Assembly (NCBI GenBank): GCA_050575255.1
Contig: JBNZDD010013720.1
Location: forward strand, 3,871,453 to 3,935,452
DNA from: Harriotta raleighana
Taxonomy: Eukaryota
DNA length: 64,000 nt
Reading direction: 5' to 3'
Both the position numbers and the translations under genes were made by a program. The notes beneath the pieces were generated by a model. That model was given only the letters and a program-made list of their open reading frames with translations, did not search any database and was not told the DNA's origin. This document shows, piece after piece, positions 25,570-40,303 of this stretch. Position 1 is the first letter of the stretch. Each line of letters begins with the position of its first letter.

Positions 25570-28500
25570 CAGTATAGTGTGCAGTATTCTGAAATCTAAC
25601 AAAAATTTCTTAACAAAAGAAAACTTTTAGATGTCATGAAAATATTCCACCGTACATCACACTAAAATATGCACCACAATCATGGAAGCATGTACAATTG
25701 AAAGAAAAGATGCACTAAAAGTACAAGCCCTGGGGATTTCCAGTAAACTCAAAGAAAGATTATTGTAACTGACTTGGACCTCAAGAGCAGGTGCAGATAG
25801 CTGACCTGCATGCAATGAGTATTCGTTCCCTGCAGTGACTGGCTGAAAAAGATGGATGCAGCAGAACAGTCAATCCTTGGCAATGGGAGGAGTCTGAAAC
25901 TGGGAAGTGCCTCGGACAGCAGGCTGAGAAATCTAAACCTGTAAATAGATAGTTAGGTACGTTCCCCCAACGTGAAAGGCACTCTAAAAATAAAATTTTG
26001 TTGTTTTGTTGTTGTTAATTTTGTTGTAGATAGGCGAGCAGGCAGGGAGGCAGGCAGGTAGGTAGGTAGAGGGGTAGTAACACAGGAAATAAAACAATTA
26101 ACTTGTCCTTCACAAGGAACTCTTTAACTCACACTAGCAAATCAATGGTTATCCTTAACGGTTAACACAAATACACAAATATCACCTACAAATAGAAAAT
26201 CTCTGTAGTTTACAGTAAAATTCAATGAATATACATCACATACAAGTATCCTTGGTACCAGTGGTAATTTTCTATCATAACCATGTTTTTAGGCCATGTC
26301 ACAGTTTGAAACAAAAAAGTCAAGGCGCAGTCAGTTCTTTTTAAAGGACAGCATCTTAAAGAGATAATAGTAGTCATTATTAATATCATGCAGTCAGCAA
26401 TAGCATAAAATATTCAGCATCTTGTTTGCCTCTGTCATCGCTTTGTGTGACTGCTGTCTCCCCATGACATGCTAAAAGACAACAACTAACACTATTCTAA
26501 GCACACAACTGCTTTTCAGCTTTTCACAATCCCAGCTGTAACTCAAGGATATAATAATAATTGTATGGTAGAACAAGTGTCAGTCCCACTGTGAGTTAAA
26601 AATGTAAGCACGTCTGTATCAGCATGCATGCAGGTTGTGAAAGATTGGAAATGTCCACCCACACACACTGCATATTCAAAGCTACCAGCGTTTTCCCCCT
26701 GTTATCCCACGTTCATTAAACATGAGGTATGGGTGTTCTAGGAGGAATGTTCTTGACCTGGAAATCTAATAAAGACATTTAATATTCTTAGGTTAGATTA
26801 TATTGTGATATTGTGTATGAGTGCTGCAACCATGCTCTATTTGGATATAAAGGTTCACTTCAACATCCTAGCTTGCATTACAATAGTATGTTTTAAATCT
26901 CTCTCTCATACTCTATAACTGTAAAGTGCACAATCCAAAATAGGAATTGTGTAATATTGTTTTAAATGGCCCATTACTATCCATTGGTCATAAAATACAA
27001 ATAAAATTATTTTAGACAATGATTTATTTATTTCAGCCTGGATTCTACTATTATATTGCACTGCAATATAAAACCCAATTCTGTTCCATCTCTGGGAATA
27101 TAAAATGTACCGAGTTCTGAACCTGTAAGGTTTTTTGATAATGCTCTGCCTTGTTTTGGGATCAACTGGAAATCCACCATCGCGCTTAAGAATATCCAAA
27201 TCAAACAGAGAGGTACACAAATCCATACCACCTACACTGTAAGATTCTTCTGAAATGGAATGTGGGCTCTCTTCCTGAAGGCACACTGTTCACTTAATTC
27301 TACAGAGTATCAGGCACAGCTTGTCGAAAGCTAAGGTTTTGAGACCCCAAACTGTGCTCGGGAGTACTGCTGGAGTTTAACCAACTAAAACTGCACAACT
27401 TGAGATCACTGTCTGGCAACTTTCCTGCTGCTTGTCCAGCTAGTACCACCTTACCTGTTATGGCCTTGGCTTGCAAGGTTAACAACTCAGAGATCTAACA
27501 AAATGCCTTAATCCCAGTGTTACTTACACCTTTTTGCATACCATCATGACATTTCAATTTTCTGTGTCTTTATCCTGCCACTCTCAGAGCTAGCATTGCT
27601 AAATGAGATAGTATAATTGAAAGTATTTGTATCTTGTAACTCCATATTTTGTTGACTACATATTATCTAATATTTAAGTGCTCTGAGACGCCATCCGGCG
27701 TGGAGGGCGCTATATAAATCGAAGTTGTTGTTATCAGAATCAAAATATATGTTCAGTAATAACCAGCCAACCACAATAAACAACAAAGTGCCCTTCACTC
27801 AGACACTGAAATCTAATACCATAACAATTCCAAATGTAAAAATTAAACATTAGTTTATATTTTTCAGTGTCATATACTTCAGAAGTTAATGCGATGAAAT
27901 TTTTGCAGGAGAGGATTTGAAGAAATGACTAAGATCTTGAAAGAATATTTAATAAAATCAATGTAGTCTTACATTTTTAAATAAAGTAATTTAAGCATCC
28001 CAATTTTCATTCAATTGTGTTTTTTTGTGATTTATGCTTCTTTTATAAATTGAACTAATGTTTAATTTAATTAAAGCTAACTTGTTGGTTTGCTTTTCTA
28101 AACTCTCCTAAAATGAGCTCAAATGACAAATCGAGCTAATAACTACTTACTGTATTTTGTGATGTAAAAAATTAAAATGCATATTTGCAAGCTGTTACTT
28201 TTCCAGTTTGCAGATGGCAGAACATAAGTTTGACAAAAAACAAAATAAAGGTGTACTTTGCAGCTTGTGGCTCTATTTATCGATAGAGATAAATTCAACT
28301 TCAATCTGGTAATATCTTTGAATTTGAAGTACCAGGTTAAAAAGGAAAGATTTACGCCATGACTTCTTAGAATAAAGCGCTTTGGGACGTCGATAAGATG
28401 TGGAAAGTGCTATATAAATGTAAGGATTATTATTATTATTACAGAATACCTTGGTTCACTAATACTGCATTTAATACTACACATTTGTCAGTAAACTTAT

Positions 28501-29857
28501 AGCAGAGTTTCTCCCAAATTCATGGATATACGTACAAGTTGAATTACATTGGAGCCCTACTTCTGACACGAAGCAGAGGAGCTGATTTAAAGAGCAGCAG
28601 AATTTACATCTGAGTTGTACAAAGATTATAAGTGAGAATCTCCATGGGCTTTCAGTCCACTGTTCAAGAGGCCTCAATGCTCCATTTCTTAATATTATTA
28701 ATGATCATCTATCATAAACACATTTTTAGTGTGCATATTTGTTGTAAAGTATAAATCAGGCAATATGCGGCAGGGAGCAAAATAGCTTAACTCCCCTCAG
28801 TAAATGTATAGCTTAAGAGCCACTTCTAGCTTTGTATCAGCCATGTTCAGGAACAACATAAAATCATAAGCCTGACAATCAGCCAATTTTACCATGAGAA
28901 TACAATCCCTGTTGGATATGGTGTCTGGTGCTATCAGCAAGGCTCATACAGTATTAGATCACTACTACTCTTACATTTACTGAACAACATTTGAACTTTC
29001 TAGGTTTAAACTTTGGCCATCGGGAATTTGGGGTTAAACAGGAATTGTTTTATTACAGTATTCAGAATTGTGCCCTTCAAAAGACGTGCGGGGAATTAAT
29101 GTCGTTCCTGACCCGTGACATGACCAATGTACCTTTAAATGTCACTTCTGCGTAATAAATTTCCACACCAGTAATTGTTCCTCTCGATCACATCATGCAG
29201 AAGAAATGGGGCTGGTGATTTCTTTCTGTGTTTCCCCAGGTGTTCATGCACCACCCACACTTTTCTGTGAACAACAACAAAAAAGCATTTGAGGCAATCT
29301 AACCAAAGCTGCGAATTACACTGCCACACTACAACACCTCTATTTGCATTGAAACAGTGATATCTGCTTATATGGAGTGTAACTCTAATTATACTTGAGC
29401 ATTAATTGCTTTCACAAATTAACACAGAATGCTAAGAATTCTAATGAATCATTTTTAAGTTAACCATATGCTTGGTGTGAAAATACATATGATACCATGC
29501 CAGAAGGCAGATGTACATTGCATGCCATCTAGTGAAAAGCATTGAACAGTGCAAGAGGACATTTTCATTTTCATCAAGGACATTATACATTACAGTTCCA
29601 TATAAATTGTAAGATATGGATTAAGTAATCATCTTTTGTTATTGACTGATTATTGTCACATGCTGATATAAAGGTTGATACTCAATAGCCATTTATTTTA
29701 TTTAGCATTCTCTCAATGAAAATGACGCTTGCACTGGTTATTATCACATGCCAGGACTGAAACCAATTGCAACTAGATGAACTTCAGTTAGATTTTGTGT
29801 AAATACCTGCAAGTCCGATTGCAGATGCAAATGGTGTCTCCTGGAGAAATCGAGGAC

Positions 29858-30075
29858 TTCCTAAGGCATTGAACAGTCAGGTCGGGACCTGAGCAAGGGA
29901 GAGGGGCAGGGTAGACGGGAAGGATGGGAGAGAGTTAAGAGGGGAGGGAGAGAGTTGGGAGGGCAGGAGAAGGCATGATCAAAGAGGAGGGTTTTGAGAC
30001 CGGCCTTGAAGGAGAGGAAGCAAGGCGAAGGGACTGGAGTTCCAGAATGTTGGGGCAAAGAGGCTGAAAGCCGAT
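29858..30075 (-). mobile_element. L2 3' fragment
   Basis: AFSLFAPTFWNS and SFKAGLKTLLFDHAF peptides; UTR matches 54270-54350. Confidence 0.85.
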
Positions 30076-30659
30076 CTTCTATTCTTCACCAGACATGTTG
30101 GTAATCTGTGATTTGATTCAGCCACAAACATCCTCCAGAGGTTAACATTGTTTCCCAGGTAACAAGAACATCTAACAGTCAGAAAATAACCATTTTTGCC
30201 CAAGACGACATTTTAAGTTAGCAACATTTCTAGTAGTATGATCGATGGGGCATAAAAGACAGTAGAGCATTTTCTGATTATGGTACCTTAAAGGGTTTTT
30301 TTCACCCTATTTTTCTGGGAAAGTAAAAATGTAAAATACCTAGATTTATGGAATTGCTTTAATAGAATTTATATAATCTTAGGTAGTTTTTGATTATCCT
30401 TACTTAAGTGCTGTGGATCCTCTAGTAGTGCCTCATATTAGTCTAGACTAGCAGATTCAGTGGTGTATTCAATTATAGGACAGTGACAACTAAACCTATT
30501 CCCTTCTCACCTCTCCCCTTACCTCCACACAAATTTGCACTTCCAATGGAGCTCACAAGATCTGGGTTGTATCATTTACATGAATTTTCCCAGGTTTATC
30601 GAGATTCTTGGAAATTTCTCCCTATAATATCCTGGCTTCTGGACTTATGTGCTTTGGAT

Positions 30660-30945
30660 GAGAGGTTAAAGGTTCCATCTGCTGTGCAGGTGGATGCTAA
30701 AGAACTCATGGCAGTATTCACGAAGAGAAACAAGGGAGTTTCTCTTGGTGTTCTGGACAACAATCCCCAAAATAAAATTGGTCACACACTCTATGGCTTT
30801 TGGATAGCGCTGCACAAATTAGCTGCCATGTAAGCCCACAGGATACACAAAATCATATCGCTGAATCTTGTGAAGCACTTTTAGAAGTTTCAACAATGTC
30901 ATAAGGCACTATATCAAAAGCAAGGATTATTATAATAATAATTTA
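30660..30945 (+). mobile_element. Old Deu-type SINE 3' part
   Basis: caggtggatgctaaagaactcatggcagtattc, gcacaaattagctgcc, L2-type tail. Confidence 0.7.
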
Positions 30946-31236
30946 TTATCATTATAATGTTTTCTCTTTAACTATCATTAATTTTTATTTATAGTCTGTA
31001 ATACAGGGTATGGACATATGGATACTTTAGTAACTGATCTCCAGATGATTCTATTCTGTGTTAATCTTTTCAATTACCCATTAGTCAGCTGTGTCTCCAT
31101 GCTGTGTTACACAGTCATGCTGTTTTACACTTATTCAGCCCATAGGTTCTCACCAAGCCTTACTCCAAACAATGGTTTCTTATTCCCAGCCTACACTGGT
31201 CACCCACGTTCAGCAGTTTGACATCACATAGTGAAT

Positions 31237-32000
31237 CACCATTAATAAGAAACTGCAAGGTTGACAGTGATTAACACACAATTGACTGTGAAATGTAGCT
31301 GGGGAAGAGCAATCACCACTTGTGAGAAAGCAAAAGGAAAAGGCAAGATCGATAGCAGGAAGGCATAGGATCGGAGCAAGTGTGTTAACAGGAGCCCATG
31401 CTGAAGAGTGAAACCTAGTAACCAGCACTTCACAAAGCAGGACAGATGCTATGTTTTGTGCGCAGCTAAACTGCAATGAACCAACTCTGACAGAAATCTT
31501 TGAGACAGGAGTTGTTAGACCATTAACAGCGAAAAAGACTGGTAGCAAATGACCATGAAGCAGCAGTGAGACCATTAGCTGGAAACCACAAGATAAGAAC
31601 AAGATCATCAGCAGGAGATCATGAAACAAGTGTGATCATTAACAGAAAACTACATTACAAGCGTAGACAAAGCAGCCAGAACATCAATCAATCGGATTCT
31701 GTGCTTCATGCTTTGTTCAGCAATGACCAATCCTGTCAGGAAAGGACAGCAAAATAAAACACAAACGGAAACAAAACCTAGCAGAATATCATAATACTGT
31801 ATCATAATACTGTATATGATATAAGAGCACAATGAAAATGAGAAACCACAAGTTGCAAATTGCAAACAAAGATCTAAATTGTTAGAAGAACCCACAAGAT
31901 AAGATAAAGAGTAATCGTTAGAAATAAACTGGGAGATGAAATTGATCAATGAGGGACCATTAGCAGAAAACTGAGAGATTGTGATCAGCATAGAACTGGT
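31237..32000 (+). repeat. Purine-rich tract with degenerate GAYCATYARCAG repeats
   Basis: Motif variants at 31237, 31518, 31551, 31570, 31603, 31634, 31955, 31983. Confidence 0.5.
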
Positions 32001-32154
32001 AAGGCGAAAGCAAGGGATAAAGAAACAATTATTTTTGAGAAATTGTAGGACAGGGAGTCAGCAGTCAGAAACAAAAAAAACAGACTTCGATAAACCAGAG
32101 AAAATCTACCATAAGATCCTGGCAAAGAAAACAATTCAAATATTTCTAACCTAT

Positions 32155-32440
32155 GATGAGATGTTAAACCGAGACCCTGTTTGTCTGTTCAGGAGGATAT
32201 AAAAGATTCAATGGCACTATTTGGAAAGAGAATGGAGTTTCCCCTGGTGTCCTGGCCAATATCCTCCAAATAATAAATTGGTCATTCACTTCATGTTTGC
32301 TTGTGATGTATTGCTGTATATAAATTGGCTGCTGTATTTCTCCACAAAACACACAGCCATTATAATTTTCAGCATATCCTGTGAAGTGTTTGGGAACATT
32401 CTCCCAATGTGAAAGGTGTTATACCATATGTAAGATTTTT
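32155..32440 (+). mobile_element. Old Deu-type SINE (SacSINE1/AmnSINE1-like core)
   Basis: gatgttaaaccgagaccctg...aaaagattcaatggcactatttg...ggtgtcctggccaatat...aaattggctgc. Confidence 0.75.
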
Positions 32441-34149
32441 TAAATTATTATACAAGTATTAAAATAAGATGTATTAATGAGTAATGGTAATCTACAAGGC
32501 AAAATTCTGATAGCTGCTGAAATTCATACTATTGCCAAGTAATGTTCAAATGTGTAGAATATTGAAGGTCATTAAAAATGGTCTTAAAGCCATGTTATTG
32601 ACACCGGTACTATACAACAATAACAAAATTACATTTATAGAGTGCCTTTCACATCAGGAGGACGTCCCAAGGTGCTAAAATGAACAGCATGGTCAAAACG
32701 CAATCAATATTGAAACTACATCAAAAGTGCAGTCTTTGTCGTTGAGGTTAAAATTCCATGGTTGCTAAAGTTTCTTTAGTTGCATTAATTCCATGATCCC
32801 ATGTCTTCTCTTGGTAGGTGTTAGAGGAGTCTGGATACCCATGGATAATGTGCTTTGATGGTAAAGGCCTTGAGCTTCTCGGTTTGCTTTGGTTTACTTT
32901 TTAAACTCTTTTGTGTGTGATTTATGTTCTGGCTACTATTTACTTTGCTTTTAAAAAAACATTTCTGGAATGATTAATTGTGGCACACATGGGCACTGCA
33001 GCTGTAGCAGATTTTATGCAGGTTGAGAACGAGGAACAGCAGCAGGGATCCCAAACTGAGCACTGGAGGTAGGAATTACCCACAGAGACATCTGCTCCAT
33101 CGGAGGACATTCAGTTGGACCCCATAATGTTTAAGGCAACTGAAATAAACCATCATTTAACAGTGTGTTCTCCTCTATGATGATCTGAAAACACACAGTA
33201 ATAAAGGCATGAATTCCAGCAAGTATCAGAATATTACCTTGAAGATTACCATTATTACTTAATATCCATCAGCTAATTTTTTATGAAATTATAAAATGTT
33301 TCTATCTGTTGAAGTGAGACCTACTGTGGCACTAAGTTTTATGACTTAGGATCCTTTTAGTGTCTAAATAATCCTTTCATTTGGTATAGTGCCTTTCAGA
33401 ACAGGAGGATATCACAAAACGCTTCACAGCATATACTATAAATTGTAGTGCCTGTGGCTGGAGGGAAAATATTACCAGTGTTTAGTAAGAACATTGCATC
33501 AAATTCATCAGCAACAAATATTTTTCAACATAGCAAAATTCCTATGCATTCAAGGAATCATTGACTGCTTGCACACAGTTACCTATGCAGATACCTACAA
33601 TTCAATGGTTTATTTAAATAGTCAGAAGTTGTTCTGGATGATATATGATTCAGAAGGGGAACAAAAACATCAATTGCAGATTCCAGGGCACAACCATAAA
33701 TATACTTGATGTCCATTGTCAATTCAGAACGATACTACAGTAATTTGAAGATAAAAACAGGCTCAAAGCTGATTTAGATAAAATATGAGGCAGAATCTAA
33801 CACATGCAAAGGTACAATATATAGAAAGTAAGAATAAGAAACACGTTTGTTTGCCGACGGGGGAAATTGAAAGATATCTATTGTATATTGCTTTAAGGGC
33901 TTACTTGGCGATTGAATATAGATGATGCAACGATAAAAGGATTCTGAGAAAGTGACTGAGCAGATTTGAAAGAGGTTGATTTGTTAAATTGAAATTAAAG
34001 AACTCAGTGAATCTACATTGTGGTTTGGATTAAAGTATTATTACAGCGTTGGTATCATGGGGAAAGGAGACAATTTGTGTTGGTAGATTCATTGCTTATC
34101 ATGTTAACACAACAACAACTTTCTATGTAGCAAAATCAGTTGGTTTCAG

Positions 34150-34770
34150 ATCCTGAGAAGCCATATTGAAGCTATTTATTGCTCTGATCAGGTCGCACCT
34201 AGAGTATTATACAGTAAAACGTTGTTTATTCGGCACTCTCGGTGGGGTCGACTAATTGACTGTGCCGCATAAACGGGGGACAAGTTGCTGAGTGTCCAAC
34301 ATAAAAATGTATTTATTTTAAAACATGTTAATAATACACCACACAGGAACAGAATATTGTATGGATACTTACCAATAAAGCATTCCAGCACAGTCGGTAA
34401 AAAAATCAGTAAAACAGCATTTTTACCAATCAGTAAAAAAAACAAGTTCGTAAGTTTAATAAGTGCGCAGGCACACGCATTGCATGCATTCACAAAGTGA
34501 GCAAACTTGCGATTACTAGAATGGGGAATTGCCCCCAGGAGGGTGGTCGAGCAATCCAGTTGATCGGGTCACGGATAAACAAGGTTTTACTGCATACAGT
34601 TTTAGTCACCTGAACATGTTAAGGTTGCCTAAGCCCTAGCGTGCAAAGGAGAGTGACGAGGATAATTTAAGCTCTTAGAGCAATGCGTTATAACCAACAA
34701 TTAGAAAAGTTAGGGTTATTAAGTCTTGAGAGGAATTGCTTCAAAGCAGTTTGTAAGATTTAACAAAAAA
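34150..34770 (+). mobile_element. Old CR1 fragment interrupted by a MITE
   Basis: ctgatcaggtcgcacctagagtat | cagttttagtcacct corresponds to LVRPHLEY-QFWSP. Confidence 0.6.
34212..34592. mobile_element. Tigger/pogo-like MITE
   Basis: TA-CAGTAAAACGTTGTTTATTCG ... CGGATAAACAAGGTTTTACTG; reverse complement of 19422-19809. Confidence 0.9.
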
Positions 34771-35149
34771 TTTCAATATTAAAATTTGACAAAAAAAACT
34801 CCAACTTTTTGAATAACTTTTGGCAAAAATGAGTTCAGGATTCCTTTGGGGAATCAAGAGTCATCTTATTTTTGGCTGAATCTCCCACAGTATTCCAAAA
34901 CAGAAATTGCAATTAATACTGTACAACACAGCCAGTTTGCAAATACTGTATCATGTTTTGGACCCAATGATTATATTATGTCTCCATACAGAATTACTGC
35001 TCCTACCTTGAGTTACACCTCTCAAAGAGAGATGCACTTCAATTTGTTGTTCAATTTTAGATACAAGAAAAGAATTGGGATCACTTTGTCTGCAACATCT
35101 CCTAACTGCTATTGGTCATCATCTGAGGTTTCTAGGACAAAAGATGAAG

Positions 35150-35493
35150 GATAGATAGGGAAAAGCTGTTTCCGCTGGTAGGTGTATCTGTGATCCAAGG
35201 TCACAGTCTTAAGATATCTACCAAAAGAAGCAGAGGGGAGGTTAGAAGAATTTTTTTCTCTCAGAGTTGTTCGAATTTGGAATGATCTGCCTGAAAGGGT
35301 AGTGAGGTCCGATTCGATAGCAGCTTTTAAGAGAGAACTGGATAGGTATCTGGGGAAGATGGGTTTGCAGAGTTATGGGGAGAAAGCTGGTAATTGGGGT
35401 TAATGAAAGTGACATTGCTCTGTCAAAGAGCCGGCACTGACTCCATGGGCCGAATGGCCTCCTTCTGTGCCGTAACCTTCTATGATTCTATGA
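35150..35493 (+). mobile_element. CR1 3' end (second subfamily)
   Basis: DREKLFPLVG; tail (ttctatga)2; similar to 39970-40303. Confidence 0.9.
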
Positions 35494-36483
35494 TGATTTT
35501 CTAAGCACTCTGAGGCTGCAACAGGGGTCAAAGGAGCATGGTAGGTTGAAGTCTCTAATTGAATTCCTCAATTAAAAAATCCTGATTAAAAAGCACTGTG
35601 TTTTTGATCCCTAAACGGTTTAATAATACATATTCACAAGGATATAATTTATACAACTTGCCAGCACTGACCACTCTTCAAAATAAAAACTCAGAAAGAC
35701 TTAATTTCACCAGATGTTGATGAAATTTATCAATGAAAAACAGTTCCTCATATTGCCATCTCTTTCATTAGCATTAATTCAACATTTTTTTTATTTAGAA
35801 GGTGAATGGGTGAATGCTAAATGTATCACTGGCAACATTGCCTCATCAGTGATATTGTACACTGGCTCAAAATGCCGTATGCTGTGCTGTACATGCTGTT
35901 TGTTTCCTTATCTACACCTGATCCCTGATGGTATCATTATTTATTTCCCAGGTTTAGTTTTGAATTGAGTATCAATAGGAGCAAAATGTGCATCTAAATT
36001 TTCAATGCCATATTCAGGTCCTTTCCTCTTCATTGCCCATTGCAGTCCCAATGCACAAAAACCAAATGACCGAAATGGACAAATTTAATTCATGCATATT
36101 AATTCAGCTGTGCTTACCTGCTCTGGGCAGCGCAAATAAATCAATATTTTATTATCATGCTTGAATTGCTTAGTGGCTACATAATGGCAATGCAAATAGT
36201 TTCTTCACAATTTAACCTCAAATTGACATTTTCCTACGTCATCTACAAATATGCACACAAGCACTCGTGTCTGGATGCATACATATACATACACAAGCAA
36301 TGAAGGGCCTGCTTCCACTTAGACTGCCAAAACATTATCAGATGTAAGGATTTACTCTCCGTTTGTGTTGTTATGTTTTTTTTTCACATTTATAGATTGT
36401 TTCTCAGTGTAACATTTCCCATTACAAAGATATCTGACTAACATACTGGTTGGAGCATGGATTTTATTTCCGAAAGGTCTTAT

Positions 36484-36787
36484 GGAGTCCTGTTTCTCAG
36501 TGGTTAGAGTGCTCGCCTTATAAACGTGAGACCTGTGTTTGAATCCAAGCGGGGAGAAATCTTAGGCAGGTTTCTTTACTGCACATGCCTAATAATAATC
36601 CCTGAAAAAAAACCTACAATAAATTGGTCATTTCAATCCTCGACTGTTTGTGGTACACTGCTGTGTGCAATTGGCTGCCTCATTTCACCCACATATATAC
36701 AGTCAACTGACTTTACAGTATATTCTGTGAAGCTCTTTGAGACATCTCGAAACTGAAAAGTGCTACATCAAATGCAAGGATTATTAT
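36484..36787 (+). mobile_element. Full-length tRNA-derived SINE
   Basis: Head, core and tail all present. Confidence 0.92.
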
Positions 36788-36962
36788 ATGTGCACAGGAC
36801 ATGTGTAGATGTGGGGAGGGAATTGGGTGGGTATGTCATAACTGCTTAGATAAAGGGTTTGCAGGCTAGCCTTTAGCTGTAGCTCTATAAACAAAACTAC
36901 TTAAGAACTTCAACTATTACATGCTTTATTATTATTGCATATATCTGAAGCAAAAGCTAATA

Positions 36963-37067
36963 CAGTAAAACCCTGTTTATCCAGCACCCACGGGACCTGG
37001 CCAGTGGCAATTAAACGTTTTTTCTGGTTGAACGGATTTTTAAAAAATATATATATTTTTTAAATCC
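36963..37067. mobile_element. One-ended MITE fragment ending in an AT-rich palindrome
   Basis: Matches 47831-47910; ggatttttaaaaaatatatatattttttaaatcc at 37034-37067. Confidence 0.8.
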
Positions 37068-39734
37068 TGGCCAACAATCCCCAAATAAAATTGCTCTTAC
37101 TTCTTAGCTATTTGTAAGATATTGCTGTGCACAAAATGGCTGCCACATTCACCCACATAGCATTCATATATTCCACTTTACATTCTATACTGTAAAACAC
37201 TTTGAGATATTTTCCTGACATCAAAGGTACTATACCAAACGTAAGGATTATCAAATGTTTTAAAAATTACTAATGTGTGGAATTTTTGCTATCTGTTTTT
37301 GTGTCCAGTCATTTCCCCCAAATTTTGCATCTGACAAGAGAGGGTTTTGGAATTCTTCTTCAATTTCAATCTCTAGATAAACAGGTGTGCAAATACAATA
37401 GTTCAAAATGCACTCAGGGTGGCAAATATTTATTTATAAAACATTGCATATTTGTCAATGTGCTAGTTAGCATAGTTAACATGTAAGGATTACTATTATA
37501 GCAGAGAATTCTGTTTCTTTGACGCTTTCTGAGGTATGGGGCAAATTCTATGTAATCGACATTGGCAAATATTGGAATGTGATAATGGTGACTAAACTCA
37601 CAAAGCAGCATGGACCAGAGCAATACTGGTGAGCATAGCAGTGGCAGTAAATGACATGGCATCTTTTTCTCAGCTTCGGATTTCTGAATTACCATTTTTT
37701 TGCAAATCTCACATAGATCTTGCAATTTGATATTTCCAAACTAGAAGTCAGGGAAACGTAAAAGGCCATTGTATCCAGTGAAGGGTATCCTCCAGCATAT
37801 CAATTCACCCATGAATAATGTTATACATATAACTATAAATAAGATATTGATTTGAAATTAGGTTATATCTCTTTCATCACCCTAGTAAAGATAAAAGCAA
37901 GTATTTACTTGACACCAATGTTATTTTGTGTGCGCAGTCAGTAGTTTTTAGTGGTCTACAGTAATTGCTTAGTAGGTGTTCAAGCATTGTTTCTATAAAG
38001 TTACTTTTTACTTGCATACTGTAGGGTGCTATATAAATGTAATGTTGTTGTTGCTGTTGTAATGATAGATGTGAAAAATAATGTATGTGTTTAATCTTTG
38101 TTTTAAAAAGCACACTATTGAGCTATAGATTCAATATGGCACTGCATCCATGATTTAAGCACATATCTACTTGTCAGAAGATACAAATTACTAGTATAAA
38201 GGAGCAATGTCTGACTCATCCCTTTTAGTGAAGACTGAATACATGGTGGTATATATGAAAGCATGTCACATTGTATATATCACTTGAAGTTCATGACACA
38301 TCCTAATAACTGCTAGAATAATGGATAGTCAGATGCTGAATCACTGGCATATATGTAACCCTGAGTTGCCTTTGGGGTTGTTTCTACATATGTAACAGAG
38401 CTACACGAGATAGCATAAACCCAAAGCTAATGAAATGTATGAAGGGAGGCTGACATAGTATCAAAGTGAGTTAGCAGTGTGGATGAGAAGATGAGTGATA
38501 ACATGGACCTGAGAGAGGCAAAGTCAGGTTTAGCATATTGCAATGGACATCTGATATCAGAGATATAACATTATCGTCAAATAATTTGCATAAACTATCA
38601 CAGGATGTCAGTCTGGGTGGACTGTGCAGAGAAGAGATCATCAATGATAAAAATGAGAGTATCTGACACAGGAGTACAGAGAACAGTGACTATTCTGACA
38701 TTGGAGCTGTAGAGATATTGAAAACTCATCTGACAGTCCTGCCATAGCAATCTAATTTCATATTACGTGTGAAAGGACAACAAATACATATATTTGCCTA
38801 CAAAATGAACAGTCAATACACTTTACAGTAAATCCATCTAAAGTGCTTTGAGATGTTTCGATAATGCGATATATCAAATGCAAAGATTATTATTATCTAC
38901 CAGCAAAGATAATCTTTCACAGTACACATTCTCCAAACCTTACAGATTCTTGAAGAACTCTATTACTGTACATCTCTTAACTTTGCTTTTCCACCACTAA
39001 AGATCGCCATCTTTTTCAGCCCTTTCTCGTGATGTTAACTTCTCATCTCTAATATTGTCCTTGTAAACCTTCTCAATGGCTCTGATGTGCTATCTATAAT
39101 AAGATGTCCAAAACAGCATGTAATGTCAATTTACAATGTATACATTATGACAGAGCTCATAGTCTGGAAAGACACTATAGAAGTGGATGGAATATTGTTA
39201 ATCATATTATATACATAATGGGCAAAAATAACATGTGTATTACAATGAAGAGTAAATGTTTCCCATCCAGAAACAGTTTATCCTGTTAGTAATAGATAAT
39301 ACATACAACAAAAACAACAAAATTACATTTATATAGCGCCTTTCACGTCAGGAGGACGTCCCAAGTCACTGGACAATGCATGTTCAGGGGGTTAACTGAC
39401 ACATTTCTTCACTATATTAAAACATATTTTACTCTAATTCAACATCCTCTTGGCTGCTACATTATGTTATATGATTTTCATGTGTACTTGTAGGAATAAA
39501 GTACATTAATGCATTAAACGCATTCTTGCAAATCACACCTCTCCCTCCACTTCCTACTCGAACCCCTCCAATCTAGTTCGCGCCCTGTCCACACCACAGT
39601 GCTCATCAAAGTAACAAATGACATCCTCTCTCTCTGTCACCAGAGCTCCTTCTACTTTCTCGACGTCCAGGACTTCTCCTGTGTTCAACACAGTTGATCA
39701 CGCCATCGCCCTCCACCGTCTCTACTCCCTCATC

Positions 39735-40303
39735 TCTATAAAACTTTGGTTAGGCCTCAGCTAGAGTACTGTGTACAATTCTGGTCACCACATTTTAGGA
39801 AGGATATTAAGGCATTTAGGGTGCAGAGGAGATTTACTAGAATGGTACCAGGAATGAGGGACTTCAGCTATGAGGAAAGGCTAGAGAGGTTAGGTTTATT
39901 CTGATTGGAACAGAGAAGGTTGCGAGGAGACCTAATAGAGGTTTTTAAGATCATGAGGGGATTCGACAGAGTAGATAGGGAAAAACTGTTTCCATTGGTG
40001 GGTGTATCAGTGACTCGTGGTCACAGATTTAAAATAGTTTCAAAAAGAAGCAGTGGGGAGGTAAGAAGAAATGTTTTCACTCAGCGAGTTATTCGAATCT
40101 GGAATGCATTGCCTGAAAAGGTGGTGGAGGCTGATTCGATAACAACTTTTAAAAGAGAGGTAGGCATTTATTTGGGGAGGAAAGGTTTATGAGGTTATGG
40201 GGAGAGAGCTGGGAGTGGGATTAAATTGCTCTTTTTAAAGAGCCGGCATAGACTCGATGGGCCGAATGGCCTCCTTTTGTGCCGTAAGATTCTATGATTC
40301 TAT
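39735..40303 (+). mobile_element. CR1 3' fragment nested in L2
   Basis: [37 protein letters not shown]; ttctatga tail. Confidence 0.93.

Noticed and set aside
26906-27495. 126-aa and neighbouring minus-strand ORFs, plus a 40-nt ag/gt-bounded segment
   Set aside because: No recognisable domain, non-ATG starts, length within chance expectation
32989-33127. Short Glu/Gln-rich frame (VENEEQQQ) with possible splice sites or Harbinger-like remnant
   Set aside because: Too short and interrupted to assign
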